Of a DNA stretch of 64,000 bases, positions 1 to 11,574 are shown one piece after another. This DNA is from an uncultured delta proteobacterium (GTDB taxonomy: Bacteria > Desulfobacterota > Binatia > UBA9968). The notes under the pieces were generated by a model that was not told the origin of the DNA, made no database searches, and was given only the letters and a program-made list of their open reading frames with translations. The position numbers were made by a program, and so were the translations under genes. Numbering within the stretch: the stretch's first letter is position 1; every line of letters starts with the position of its first letter. Location: positions 1 through 64,000 of the forward strand of contig CAWDPO010000006.1 in NCBI GenBank assembly GCA_963804165.1, given 5' to 3'.

Positions 1-622
1 TAAAGAAGCTCTCTAAACCTTTGGCGTCGCGTTGAGTCTCGATCTCTTCCAATTTCAGCTTCAGTGCCACAGTAGCAGCCCTGAGCTCTTTCATTTGGAG
101 GTCTCTTGCTATTGACGTGCTGGGTCCCGGCGGGCGCGGAACTCCAACACCGGCGAGTTTGGGGACGGCGTCCTTGAGGATCTCGAGCCTTTTTCCACTT
201 AGCTCGACCCCTAATCCCGAAACGCCCGTGACATTGCCTCCCGGCCGCGCCAAACTGGCAACCAGCCCTGCACCCACAGGGTCCGCAGAGGACGTGAACA
301 GGATAGGGATGGTAGCAGTGGCGCGCTTGGCCGCTAACGCAGCGATTGTCTGTGTGACCACAATTAGATCAACCTTAAAACGAACCAACTCCGCGGCAAG
401 CTCAGGTAGACGGCGATTTCCTCCCTCTGTGAACCGATACTCGATGGTAATATTCTTTCCCTCGATCCATCCAAGCTTGCGGACCTCCTGCCAGAACGCC
501 TGCAGGCGGACCGCGCTACCGGAAGCAGTGGTATTATCGAGGACACCTATGCGAAATATTTTTCCCGGCTGCTGCGCCTCGGCGGGAGGGCAAAGCGCAT
601 AGAACACGGCGCAAAGCGCCAT
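1..622 (-). CDS. SBP unit 1 (3' part outside window)
   Basis: Manual translation MALCAVFYALCPPAEAQQPGKIFRIGVLDN...[10 protein letters not shown] is open to the window edge. Confidence 0.85.
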   Translation of the reverse strand, partial: MALCAVFYALCPPAEAQQPGKIFRIGVLDNTTASGSAVRLQAFWQEVRKLGWIEGKNITIEYRFTEGGNRRLPELAAELVRFKVDLIVVTQTIAALAAKRATATIPILFTSSADPVGAGLVASLARPGGNVTGVSGLGVELSGKRLEILKDAVPKLAGVGVPRPPGPSTSIARDLQMKELRAATVALKLKLEEIETQRDAKGLESFF

Positions 623-669
623 GCAGAAGAGTCTCTTGCTGACTACTGACCACTGACTACTGACTACTC

Positions 670-1416
670 TCATCGAATCACCTTGTCCGCCCGCGCCAGC
701 ACATTCGGCGGAACTACGAGTCCGATCTGTTTTGCTGCTTTCAAATTGATCACCAGTTCGAACTTCTTTGGCTGCTCCACGGGAAGATCGGCGGGCTTAG
801 CACCTTTCAAAATCTTGTCCACATACGTGGCGGCGCGCCGCTCCAACTCGGCGAAGCTCGTGCCGTAGCTCATAAGCCCTCCGGCCTCTTCCACATAGTT
901 GATTTGCGGGTATATCGCCGGAAGCCGGGTCTTTACGGCATGTTGCGCCAGCAATGTTCGCTCAGAAAGAGGCCCTGGAAAACCCAGTACGAAAACTGCG
1001 TCAGCCCGTTCCTTGCTAGCCAAAAAGACTATGGGGATCGTGGTCGTCGCTTCCTTGGCGGCCCGGGTATCTGTCGCACCAGACGTGACGATGACATCCA
1101 CTTTGAGACGCAAGAGTTCGGCCGCACGCGCTGGCGCACGACTGAAATTTCCCTCCGGCTTTGGATATTCAATGGTGATGCTTTTTCCCTCGACGTAACC
1201 GAGATCGCGCAGGCTTTGTCGGAAGGCGACGAATTGGCCCAAGGTACCGCTACCGAGAAATCCTATCCGCTGGACTTTCTTCGCCTGCTGCGCGTCGGCA
1301 GGAGAAGCAGTTGTTAGCAAGACAGTTGCCAGTAGCCAGACAAAGATTTTTCCGCTCATTAGTTTCGCTCCCGTATTATTGCCGACAACTGATAACCGAC
1401 CACTGACATCTGTCAT
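670..1416 (-). CDS. SBP unit 2 with in-frame internal deletion (likely start ATG near 1359)
   Basis: TIPIVF is joined directly to LASKERADA; the LARPGGNxTG block is missing. Confidence 0.8.
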   Translation of the reverse strand: MTDVSGRLSVVGNNTGAKLMSGKIFVWLLATVLLTTASPADAQQAKKVQRIGFLGSGTLGQFVAFRQSLRDLGYVEGKSITIEYPKPEGNFSRAPARAAELLRLKVDVIVTSGATDTRAAKEATTTIPIVFLASKERADAVFVLGFPGPLSERTLLAQHAVKTRLPAIYPQINYVEEAGGLMSYGTSFAELERRAATYVDKILKGAKPADLPVEQPKKFELVINLKAAKQIGLVVPPNVLARADKVIR

Positions 1417-1420
1417 CTAA

Positions 1421-2455
1421 TTACTCATCCGCTCTCGCCAACACATTCGGCGGAATCGTCAGGCCGATCTGCTTCGAAGTCTTTAGATTGATGAAAAACT
1501 CAAACTTCATCGGTTGCTCCACCGGGAGGTCGGCGGGCTTTGCCCCTTTAAGAATCTTGTCCACAAAAATAGCCGCTCGGCGGTACAGTTCGACAATGTT
1601 CACCCCGTAGCCGATCAGGCCGCCGGCTTCCGCGAACACCTCGCGCCCGATTGAGGGGAGCCGATGCTTTGCTGCAAGCTCCGCGATCTGCTTTTGGTTG
1701 GCGTTAAGAAAATCGTCCTCAGGGAGCGCGACGGCATCAATCCGTTGCTTGGTCATCGCTGAGAAAACGTTTTTGAATTCTTCCGCTCCGCGCACTTCGA
1801 ATCGTTGAAGCCCTATCTTGAGCAACTTCGCCGTCTGCTCCATTGCCGGTAGATTCCGGTCGTTTATGGAATTGTCCGGATTGAAGAGAACGCCGAGCCG
1901 CTGTATCCGCGGCAAGGCTTCCTTAAGGAGCTCGAGCCGTTTCGCACTGAGTTCCGGGCTAAAGTTGCTCGATCCGGTAATATTCCCTCCCGGCCGCGCC
2001 AGGCTGGCGACAAAACCAAAAGCGACCGGGTCGCCGCTGGTTACCATTACGACGGGAATCGTCGTGGTAGCATTTTTGGCTGCACGGATCCCAGGTGTCC
2101 CGGCGGTCAGGATGACGTCAACGTTGAGGCGAACCAGTTCGGCTGCCAACTCGGGGAGGCGTTCAAACTTGCCCTCGGCCCAACGAGACTCGATGACAAG
2201 ATTCTTGCCTTCCAGATAACCCAAGTCACGCAGGCCCGCCCGCAGTGCTTCCATTCGGCCTGCGTTGCTGGCAGCGGAGGTGGGACCCAGGAAACCGACC
2301 CGAACGATTTTCGCCGTTTGCGCATGGGCCACAGCGCCACAGATCGAGAAGGCGAAACCGATGGCGAAGATCCCTACCCATTTTGGATTTTGGATTTTCG
2401 ATTTCCGATTGTCGGAGGAAAAGGCAGGAAGCCGGATCGAAAATATTTTACTCAT
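1421..2455 (-). CDS. SBP unit 3
   Basis: Intact 344 aa ORF with family motifs. Confidence 0.9.
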   Translation of the reverse strand: MSKIFSIRLPAFSSDNRKSKIQNPKWVGIFAIGFAFSICGAVAHAQTAKIVRVGFLGPTSAASNAGRMEALRAGLRDLGYLEGKNLVIESRWAEGKFERLPELAAELVRLNVDVILTAGTPGIRAAKNATTTIPVVMVTSGDPVAFGFVASLARPGGNITGSSNFSPELSAKRLELLKEALPRIQRLGVLFNPDNSINDRNLPAMEQTAKLLKIGLQRFEVRGAEEFKNVFSAMTKQRIDAVALPEDDFLNANQKQIAELAAKHRLPSIGREVFAEAGGLIGYGVNIVELYRRAAIFVDKILKGAKPADLPVEQPMKFEFFINLKTSKQIGLTIPPNVLARADE

Positions 2456-2506
2456 GTTTTTGTCTCCTTGAGCCCAATCGAAAATCTAAAATCGGCAATC
2501 GAAAAT

Positions 2507-3493
2507 TCACTTGATGACTCTGTCCGCTCGCACCAGCACATTCGGCGGAATCGTCAGGCCGATTTGCTTGGCGGCTTTAAGATTAATCACGAACTCGAAC
2601 TTCTTCGGCTGCTCCACCGGTAGATCCGAGGGCTTAGCGCCTTTGAGGATCTTGTCGACATAAGTGGCGGCGCGGCGGTATAAGTCGGTAACGCTCACGC
2701 CGTAAGACATAAGCCCGCCGTCTTCCACATATTCCGGCGCGTGGTATATCGCCGGGAGCCGGCTCTTTACCGCGAGGGCCGCAATCTGTTTTCGCTGAAG
2801 ATTGAAGACGCCGCCCTGCAGCACAAGGACTGCGTCAGCACGCCCTTTGCGCGCCTCTCGGAATGCAGTCTCAATATCCTTGGGACCTGGCACGTCTAGG
2901 TATTGAAGGTGTAACGTTGAACACCCCTGCGGCGAGCTCCATCTCTTTTAACACTTGTGCGGTGCCCGTGGTGGTCGAAGTCCCGAGTACAGCCACCCGG
3001 GCGAGCCTGGGAACGATCTCCTTCAGAAGCTCCAGTCGTTTTCCGCCCATCTCTGGGGCAAGGTTGGACAAGCCAGTAATGTTCCCGCCAGGTCGCGCAA
3101 GGCTGGCGACGACCCCGCTCCCAACCGGATCAGCATCGTTCGCCATGACAATGGGAATCGTGTTCGTCGCTTCCTTGGCGGGACGGATTGATGCCGGACC
3201 GGCCAAGACCATGACGTCTACCTTCAGACGCACAAGTTCGGCGGCGAGCGCTGGCAGGCGATCTAGTTTTGCCTCTGCATATCGATACTCAATGAGAATG
3301 TTTTTCCCCTCCACGTAGCCAAGCTCGCGCAGACCCTGCCGGAATGCGTCGAGGCGGGCCGAGATAGCGGAAGGAGAGGTAGCACCTAGGAATCCTATCC
3401 GGGCGACTTTCGTTGGCTGCTGCGCCTGGGCGGAAACACAAAGTTATCAGCAAGACAGATGTCAGTAACCAGAAAAGAGATTTTGAGATTCAT
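2507..3493 (-). pseudogene. SBP unit 4, frameshifted (or sequencing error)
   Basis: Fragments 2871-3314 and 2507-2893; mature part nearly identical to unit 18. Confidence 0.8.
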
Positions 3494-3545
3494 TGTCTTC
3501 CCACCTGTTCCTTACTGGTAACTGATCACTGCCCACTGACCTCTG

Positions 3546-4535
3546 TCACTTGATCACCTTATCCGCTCTCGCCAACACATTCGGCGGAATCGTCAGTCCG
3601 ATCTGCTTCGCCGTCTTCAGATTGATCACCAACTCGAATTTTGTCGGCTGCTCGACCGGCAGGTCGGCGGGCTTGGCTCCTTTCAGGATTTTGTCCACGT
3701 AATATGCGACGCGCCGGTAGCTGTCCGCGAAGTCCGCCCCGTAGGACATGAGCCCGCCGGCATCTACAGCGTCTTTTCTGCCGTACACCGACGGTAACCG
3801 GCTCTTTAACGTAAGGCCCGTGATCCGTTTTTGGTTAGCAGTCATTAGCGCCGCTCGTGGTCACGTAGAGTCCATCCGGGCGGTCCTTGTTTAGCGCAGC
3901 GAAGACCTTCTCGAAACCGTCCGCGTCTCGTACCTCCCAAGCCTGAACAGTCAGCCCCAGCGCGCGCGCCGCGACTGGGAGATCCTCTTTCACCTCGAGT
4001 ACAGCGGCCGGAGTGGCCCGCTCGTAGAGAACCGCGATACGGGCAACTTTGGGAACCGCTTCCTTGAGTAACTCCAGCCGCTTCCCGCCTAGTTCTCTGG
4101 AAAGGGTTGTAAGCCCGGTGACATTGCCGCCGGGACGGGCAAGGCTCTCAACAAGGCCCGACTCGACAGGATCGGCCGAAATGCCCATCATAACGATGGG
4201 AATCGTCTTGGTCGCATTCTTGGCCGCCCGGATTGGGCGCGTTCCTGGCACCACGATGATATCAACTTTGAGACGCACCAGCTCAGCCGCAAGGCCAGGT
4301 AGCCTATCTGGCTTCCCCTCCGCATATCGGTACTCGATGGCGATGTTCTGTCCTTCTATGTAGCCAAGCTCGCGCAGAGCCACCCGAATTGCCTCGGAAC
4401 GGGTGGACTCACCAGCTGGATCGGATTGACTAGATACCCTATCCGCGCGACTTTCTTCGGCTGTTGCGCCTCGGCAGAAAAGCAAAGCGCTAAGAGCAAA
4501 GTGCCAAGCGCAAGACCAAAGAATTTTCTTCTCAT
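3546..4535 (-). pseudogene. SBP unit 5, frameshifted
   Basis: Fragments 3835-4485 and 3546-3845; MRRKFFGLALG leader starts at 4535. Confidence 0.8.
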
Positions 4536-4590
4536 GAATCTACTCCTGTGTTTTTGCCGCTGCTCCTTGCTATTTGCTCCAAGTTCCCTG

Positions 4591-5619
4591 CTACTTGATC
4601 ACTCTGTCCGCTCTCACCAGCACATTGGGCGGAATCGTCAGGCCGATCTGCTTAGCCGCTTTTAGATTGATTGCGAACTCAAACTTAGTCGGCTGCTCGA
4701 CAGGAATGTCGGCGGGCTTGGCGCCTTTTAGAATCTTGTCGACCATCGATGCAGCGCGCCTAAAGGATTCGGCTCGGTCCGGGCCGTAGGACATCAAGCC
4801 GCCACTCTCGACAAAATCTCGCCGAGCGTAAATCGCAGATAGTCGATGCTTTGCCGCGAGTTGTGCGATCTGTTTCTGATGAGCGCCGGCCATTGAGTCC
4901 TGAGGCACAGCGAGCGCTAGGATACGAGCCTTAATTGCATCCTTGAACGCGCCCTCATATTTATCAGCCGTGCTTACTTCCATGGAATGAAGCTGCAAGC
5001 CCAGTTCTCTCGCCGGGTGTAGGCTTTCTTTCCATTGTTGGAGCGAGGCTGGATCCTGCGGATTCCACAGCACCGCAACGCTGGAGAGCTTGGGTACGGT
5101 TTCCTTGAGCAACTCGAGCCGCTTGCCAGACAATATCGCCGCGACGCTGGTGAACCCCGTGATGTTGCCCCCCGGGCGCGCCAGGCTGTCAACCAACCCG
5201 GCCGAGACGGGATCAGTCACTCCAATGACGATGATAGGGATCGTTCTGGTAGCGTTCTTGGCGGCTAAGGCAGCCGCTGTAGACGAGGTGATGAGTATAT
5301 CAACCTTCAGACGGAGCATCTCATCAACCAGCGCGGGAAAACGGTCAAATTTATTATCAGCGGATCGATATTCGATGACGATATGCTTGCCCTCGACATA
5401 GCCCAATGCCCGTAACTCTCGCCGCAATATCTCAGTCGAAGCGTCTCGCTCAGCGAAGGAGCCTCTGAGCAACCCAATCTTTTTTACCTTTGCCTGCTGC
5501 TGCGCCTCGGCGGAAACAAAAGTTATCAGCAAGACAGTTATCAGTAACCAGAAAAGCGATTTTGAATTCATAGTCTTTCCACTTCTTTCTACTGGTAACT
5601 GATCACTGACCACCGACAA
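4591..5619 (-). CDS. SBP unit 6 (likely start ATG 5571)
   Basis: Intact ORF, signal peptide MNSKSLFWLLITVLLITFVSAEAQQ. Confidence 0.9.
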   Translation of the reverse strand: MSVVSDQLPVERSGKTMNSKSLFWLLITVLLITFVSAEAQQQAKVKKIGLLRGSFAERDASTEILRRELRALGYVEGKHIVIEYRSADNKFDRFPALVDEMLRLKVDILITSSTAAALAAKNATRTIPIIVIGVTDPVSAGLVDSLARPGGNITGFTSVAAILSGKRLELLKETVPKLSSVAVLWNPQDPASLQQWKESLHPARELGLQLHSMEVSTADKYEGAFKDAIKARILALAVPQDSMAGAHQKQIAQLAAKHRLSAIYARRDFVESGGLMSYGPDRAESFRRAASMVDKILKGAKPADIPVEQPTKFEFAINLKAAKQIGLTIPPNVLVRADRVIK

Positions 5620-5622
5620 CTG

Positions 5623-6706
5623 TTACTTGATCACCTTGTCCGCTCGAAACAGCACCGACTGCGGAATATTGAGGCCGATCTGTTTCGCCGCTTTCAGATT
5701 GATGATGAACTCAAACTTGGTCGGTTGCTCCACTGGTAAGTCAGCAGGCTTCGCACCCTTCAAAATTTTGTCGACGAAAACGGCGGCGCGCCTGAAGAGT
5801 TCAGCCTGGTCGGCGCCGTAGGACATCAAACCACCGCTCTCGACAAAGTCTCCCCGATAATATATCGCCGGCAAGTCGATTTTTTCTTGCCAGCTCGACG
5901 ATCCGTTTTTGATTAAGAATTGATAAGTCGCGCTCTGACGTCACAGCGAGAGCGGCGCGCCCGCTTTATTGCCTCATGTGAACGCATTGTCTAATTGGTC
6001 CGCACGGCGCACTTCCATGGAATGAAGTTGCAAACCGAATTCTCCCGCCGGCAAGCTGGCTTTCTTTCCATTGCGGTTACGTCGCTCGGACCACTGGGAA
6101 TCCCATAGCACCGCGACGCGGGAGAGTTTGGGAATGGAATCCTTGAGTAACTCCAGCCATTTGCCAGCCAACAGTCCGCGCAATAGTGGTGAATCCAGTG
6201 ATGTTCGCGCCAGGCTGAGCTAGGCTATCAACCAATCCAGATCGACAACAGGATCACCACGGCCCCCAAGAAAACTATGGGAATCGTCCTGGTAGCATTT
6301 TTGGCAGCTAGTGGAGTCATTCAAACCACCGGCAACAATGATATCGACTTTGAGACGGACCAATTCTTCCGCAAGGGCAGGGAGGCGGTCGAGCTTACCT
6401 GTCCGCGTATCTCGACTCGATCACTATGTTCTTACCCTCAAGATAACCAAGTTTACGCAACTCCGGCAGAATTAAGTCGATTCTCGTGGTTGAAGCGGCA
6501 GAACTGGGCGAGAGCCAGCCGATCTTAGGTATTTTACCTTGCTGCTGTGCCTGAGCCACAGCGCCACACATTGTGAATGTGACAGCGATAGCGACAATCC
6601 CACCCCATTTTAGATTTTGGATCCCTCGGTAAGACTCAGGACAGGTTTTCGATTTTGGATTGTCGGAGAAAGAACCCAAAAATTGTTTGAGCAATGTGTT
6701 GTGCAT
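5623..6706 (-). pseudogene. SBP unit 7, multiple frameshifts
   Basis: Fragments 6395-6706, 5974-6183, 5623-5874. Confidence 0.8.
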
Positions 6707-6750
6707 CAGATTTTTCCCCTAATCGAAAATCGGCAATCGAAAATCTAAAA

Positions 6751-7742
6751 TCATTTGATGACTCGATCCGCTCGCACCAGCACATTCGGCGGAATCGTCA
6801 GGCTGATCTGCTTGAGCGGTTTTCAGATTGATGATCAGCTCGAACTTCATCGGCTGCTCTACGGGCAGTTCCGCTGGGTTTGGCACCTTTCAAAATCTTG
6901 TCTACGTACCATTGGCGGCACGCCTGTATTGATCAGCATTGTTGGTCGCATAGGACACAGTCCACCGGCCTCTACGTACTCATTTCCCGAGTACATTGAG
7001 GGCAACCGATTTTCTATGGCCAGGTCCGCGATCCGTTTAGCATAACGGTTAAACACGGGCGCCCTATCCGTAATGAGCGCACTCACGCGCCCCTGGGTTG
7101 CGGCTTTAAATGCGCCGTACAAATCGGGACTCGCGCCTCGTAGCTCTAGAGATTGCACCTGGACCTTTAGCGCCCGCGCGGCAGCCTGGTATTCTTTTAG
7201 GGAACGAGCCGCTGTCGCACCGTCCGCATGCCACAGGACGCCGACGCGTGATATCCCCGGCACCATTTCCTTGAATAGTTCCAGGCGTTTGCCGCCTAGG
7301 TCTCGGCCAAGCGTGGAGAGCCCGGTAACATTGCCTCCGGGCGCGCCATGCTATTGACTATCCCGGCCGCGACAGGGTCTGAATTAGTCACCATGACGAT
7401 GGGGATCGTCTTGGTCGCCTTCGTGGCAGCGTGAATAGCGGTTGAAGTTCCCAAGACCAAAGCATCGACATTGAGTTGCACAAGTTCAGTTACGAGGCCT
7501 GGGACCCGGTCCAGCTTTCCCTCAGCGTAGCGATACTCAACCCGGATGTTTTTCCCCTCGTGATAACCGAGATCTCGGAGACCTTGGCGAAACGCCTCGA
7601 CGAACGGTGGGGGACGAGATGGATCACCGTTTGTCGACAGGTATCCGATCCGCGGGATTTTCGTTGGCTGCTGCGCGCAGACGGGAAAGCAGAGCGCAAA
7701 GAGCATGGCGTAAAGAGTAAGGACCGTGATTTTTTTCTTCAT
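6751..7742 (-). pseudogene. SBP unit 8, multiple frameshifts
   Basis: Fragments 7296-7742 and 6859-7266 plus conserved tail ending at 6751. Confidence 0.8.
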
Positions 7743-7762
7743 GTCTTTTTTCTGTCTCGATT

Positions 7763-7870
7763 TACTTGCGCCGTGACACTGCAGCCAAGGACGGCGCAGT
7801 GTTCCGCAAACACCGCAAACGCCTCGCCCGCCAAGCCCGCATGCTCATCACGGAGCAAGCGCGCTCGTGA
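7763..7870 (+). pseudogene. Probable C-terminal remnant of an antitoxin
   Basis: YLRRDTAAKDGAVFRKHRKRLARQARMLITEQARS*; its TGA overlaps the toxin GTG (GTGA); no N-terminal DNA-binding domain. Confidence 0.45.
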
Positions 7871-8202
7871 GGCGGGGCAAGATCTACCGAACGCGCGAAC
7901 GGGTTCTGGAGCATGGAGCAAAGCCCGGTTTTTACGTCGTCGTATCTCGAACCTTTGTCGCGGAACACGAAGATGTCTCGACCGTGATCTGCGCTCCCGT
8001 TTACGGTGAAGTCCTCGGTCTTACAACGGAGGTCGTGCTCGGACCAGAAGATGGACTGCCACGGACTTCCGCCATCCGCTGCGATTTTCGTACACTGATG
8101 TTCAAGAGCAAGCTCACTCACTTTGTGTCCACATTGTCGGCATTCAAACTCGCCCAACTCAACCGCGCCTTTGCTCACGCTCTTGAACTCCCGTCACGAT
8201 AA
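7867..8202 (+). CDS. PemK/MazF-family toxin
   Basis: MRRGKIY...KPGFYVVVSR...VICAPV...GLP..SAIRCD pattern, 111 aa. Confidence 0.85.
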   Translation: MRRGKIYRTRERVLEHGAKPGFYVVVSRTFVAEHEDVSTVICAPVYGEVLGLTTEVVLGPEDGLPRTSAIRCDFRTLMFKSKLTHFVSTLSAFKLAQLNRAFAHALELPSR

Positions 8203-8280
8203 GGTGCAGACAATATCGTTACCGTATTCACGTATTTTGGATTTGTTTTTCCCAACTCGAAACCCAGAACTCGAAACGCC

Positions 8281-9330
8281 TTATCGAATAACTCGGTCCG
8301 CCCGCGCCAGCACGTTAGGCGGAATCGTAAGACCAATCTGCTTGGCTGCTTTCAGATTGATGATGAACTCGAACTTCTTTGGCTGCTCCACCGGGAGATC
8401 GGCGGGCTTAGCGCCCTTCAAAATCTTGTCGACATACGTAGCGGCGCGCCGAAATAAGTCGTTATAGTTAGTGCCGTAGTACATGAGGCCGCCGGCGGCG
8501 ATAAATTCCGGATGGAAGTATGTTGCGGGGAGCCGATGCTTGACCGCAAGCTCGACAGCTTGTTTTCGCTGGTTATTGAGGATGAGGTTCCCCAGCAGAA
8601 GGAGCGCGTCGGCACGTTCCTCGGTAGCGGCTCGGAACGCAATCTCAATATCCTTGGGACTTACGACGCTTAGATAGTGAACCTTGATGCCAAGCGCCTT
8701 CGCCGCGAGTTCCACTTCTTTCAAATTTTGCGTGTTACCCGGTTCCTCGTTGTTGCCAAACACGGCCACGCGCGCGAGCTTCGGCACGATCTCCTTGAGA
8801 ATCTCCAGTTGTTTTCCGCTTAGCTCAGGGCGCTGCGCTGACAATCCGGTAATGTTCCCCCCGGGTCGCGCAAGGCTGGCGACGAACCCGTTGCCAACCG
8901 GATCGTCATCAAAACCCATGACAATCGGAATCGACGTGGTAGCGTTCTTGGCGGTACGGGTTGCTATCGGACCTTGGGTGACGATGACGTCTACCTTGAG
9001 GTTCACGAACTCGCTCGCAAGCGCGGGGAGGCGATCGAGTTTTCCTTCCGCCGAGCGCCACTCAACGAGGATGTTTTTCCCCTCCTCGTAGCCGAGCTCG
9101 CGCAGTCCTTGGCGCAGCGCCTCGGTGCGGGCAGGGCTGTTGGAAAATGGGTTGCCGGTCAAATACCCTATCCGGGGAAGTTTCGTCGGCTGCTGGGCCC
9201 GTACTTCAACCCCGCACATTGCGAATGTGATGACGAGAGCAACAATCCCCACCAATTTTGGATTTTGGATTGCCGATTTTGGATTATCGGAGGAAGAAAC
9301 CAAAAACTGATTCAGTAGTCTTTTGATCAT
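8281..9330 (-). CDS. SBP unit 9
   Basis: Intact 349 aa ORF. Confidence 0.9.
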   Translation of the reverse strand: MIKRLLNQFLVSSSDNPKSAIQNPKLVGIVALVITFAMCGVEVRAQQPTKLPRIGYLTGNPFSNSPARTEALRQGLRELGYEEGKNILVEWRSAEGKLDRLPALASEFVNLKVDVIVTQGPIATRTAKNATTSIPIVMGFDDDPVGNGFVASLARPGGNITGLSAQRPELSGKQLEILKEIVPKLARVAVFGNNEEPGNTQNLKEVELAAKALGIKVHYLSVVSPKDIEIAFRAATEERADALLLLGNLILNNQRKQAVELAVKHRLPATYFHPEFIAAGGLMYYGTNYNDLFRRAATYVDKILKGAKPADLPVEQPKKFEFIINLKAAKQIGLTIPPNVLARADRVIR

Positions 9331-9384
9331 GTGCTTTTCCGAAGTCCGAATTTCTTACTGTTGCCTGTTGCCTATTGCCTTGCT

Positions 9385-10487
9385 TCATTTGATTACTTTG
9401 TCCGCCCGCACCAACACATTCGGCGGGATCGTCAGCCCGATCTGCTTCGCTGCTTTCAGATTGATGATGAACTCAAACTTCGTCGGCTGTTCGACAGGGA
9501 GATCAGCGGGCTTGGCGCCTTTGAGAATCTTGTCCACATACGTAGCAGCTCGCCGGAACAAGTCGGTAAAGCTCACGCCGTAGCTCACAAGCCCGCCCTC
9601 TTGGACAAATTCTAGATCGCAAAGTATACTCGCTGCTAGCCGGCTCTTTGCCGCGAGCTCTGCCAACTTGAATTCGCTGAGAATTGGTGACTGCGGCTCA
9701 CCAGCAACAGAACTGCGTCGGCACGCCCCTTGCTCGCGGCTTGAAAAGCGGTCTCAATATCCTTGCGGTCTAATATGTCTACGTATTGAATCTTCACTCC
9801 GAATGCTCCTGCGGCGAGTTCGGTCTCTTTTAGCGATTGCGCGTTACCTGGTTGGCTCGAAGTCCCGAGGACGGCCACGCGAGTGAGCCTCGGAACGATC
9901 TCCTTCAGAAGCTCCAGTTGTTTGCCGCTTATCTCCGGGGCAAGGCTGGACAGTCCGGTAATGTTACCGCCCGGTCGCGCCAGGCTGGCAACGACCCCGG
10001 AGCCAACAGGATCACTATCGAACGCCATCACAATGGGAATCGTAGAAGTTGCTTCCTTGGCTGCACGGGTTGATGTCGGACCCGTCGTGACAATCACATC
10101 GACGTTGTGATGCACTAGCTCGGCCGCAAGCTCGCTCAGCCGATCAAGTTTTCCCACAACGCCCCGAGACTCGATAACAATGTTTCTCCCTTCCACGTGA
10201 CCAAGCTCGCGCAGCCCTTGGCGGAATGCTTCGGTGCGGGCCGCGATGGAGGTAAGGGAGACAGCAGCTAAAACTCCTATCCGGGGGATTTTCGTTGGCG
10301 GCTGCGCCGGAGCCACAGCGCCAGCCATCACGAAAGTGACGACGAGAGCAAAAATCCCCACCGATTTTCGATTTTTGATTTTGGATTTCCGATTGTCGGA
10401 ACAAGAGAAACAAAATCGAATTTGAAATTTCCTTTGCATTCGTTTTTCTCCGTAATCGAAAATCGGCAATCGAAAATCTAAAATCAT
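9385..10487 (-). pseudogene. SBP unit 10, frameshifted
   Basis: Fragments 9636-10487 and 9385-9666. Confidence 0.8.
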
Positions 10488-11557
10488 TTAATGACCCGGT
10501 CCGCCCGGTACAGCACGTTCGGCGGAACTGTCAGGCGGATCTGCTTGGCCGCCTTAAGGTTGATCACGAGCTCGAACTTTATCGGTGCTTCCACCGGCAG
10601 GTCAGCCGGCTTCGTGCCCCTTAGGATCTTGTCAACGTACGTCGCGGCCCGCCTGTGCATGCCCGAGTAGCTTGGCCCATAGGACATCAAGCCACCCGCC
10701 TCGACCAACTCCACATAAGCATGCACGCCTGGTAAGTGGTTTTGGGTGGCGAAGTCCATGATGCGCACGCGGTGGTGCAGGAACAGTCGGTCTGCTAACA
10801 CGAGGAGCGCACCTGGTCGTTCTCTGAGAATTGTCGCAAATGCATTGTCGAACTGCTCCTCGGCTTGCACCCCCAGCGACAGCACTTTTATTTTCATTGC
10901 ATGAGCAGCCGCCTGTGTCTCCTTTTCCCCCGCCACCTGCAAGGGGCTGGTGGGATTCCAGAGCACCGCAACGTGCGAGATTTTAGGGACCACTTCCCTG
11001 AGCAACTCCAACCGCTTCCCGTCTAGCTCCGGTGAGATCGAGGTCAACCCGGTGAGGTTTCCACCAGGGTGGGCGAGACTCGCGATGAGGCCCGACCCCA
11101 CGGGGTCCCCGACGGCGATCATGACAAGGGGCAGCGTCGTTGTCGCCTGCTTGAGAGCGATCGTGGCGGGTGTGCCGGCGGTAACGATCAGTTCGACCTT
11201 CGAGGCGATCAGCTCCGCGATGAGGGCAGGAAAGCGCTCGTACTTTCCTTCCGCCCATCGCCACTCAATGACGATGTTTTTACCCTCGACATAGCCAACG
11301 TCATGCAACCCTTCGCGAAAGGGCCCGATCAGATTTGCCTCCAGGGCAGCGGTAGAGTTTCCCAGGAAACCGATCCGGGGGACCTTCCCTTTCTGCTGCG
11401 CCTCAGCCGTTCCCACACACCCCACGAGCAGGACGAGGATTAGAAGAAACCCCACCCATTTTAGATTTTGGATACTTCGACTCAGCTCAGTACAGGTTTT
11501 AGATTTCCGATTATCAGAGCGAGAATTTGGAGATCGCATCCAGGTTTTCTCATACAT
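10484..11557 (-). CDS. SBP unit 11
   Basis: Intact ORF with family motifs. Confidence 0.9.
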   Translation of the reverse strand: MYEKTWMRSPNSRSDNRKSKTCTELSRSIQNLKWVGFLLILVLLVGCVGTAEAQQKGKVPRIGFLGNSTAALEANLIGPFREGLHDVGYVEGKNIVIEWRWAEGKYERFPALIAELIASKVELIVTAGTPATIALKQATTTLPLVMIAVGDPVGSGLIASLAHPGGNLTGLTSISPELDGKRLELLREVVPKISHVAVLWNPTSPLQVAGEKETQAAAHAMKIKVLSLGVQAEEQFDNAFATILRERPGALLVLADRLFLHHRVRIMDFATQNHLPGVHAYVELVEAGGLMSYGPSYSGMHRRAATYVDKILRGTKPADLPVEAPIKFELVINLKAAKQIRLTVPPNVLYRADRVIK

Positions 11558-11574
11558 TTGTTTTTCTCCTCAAT

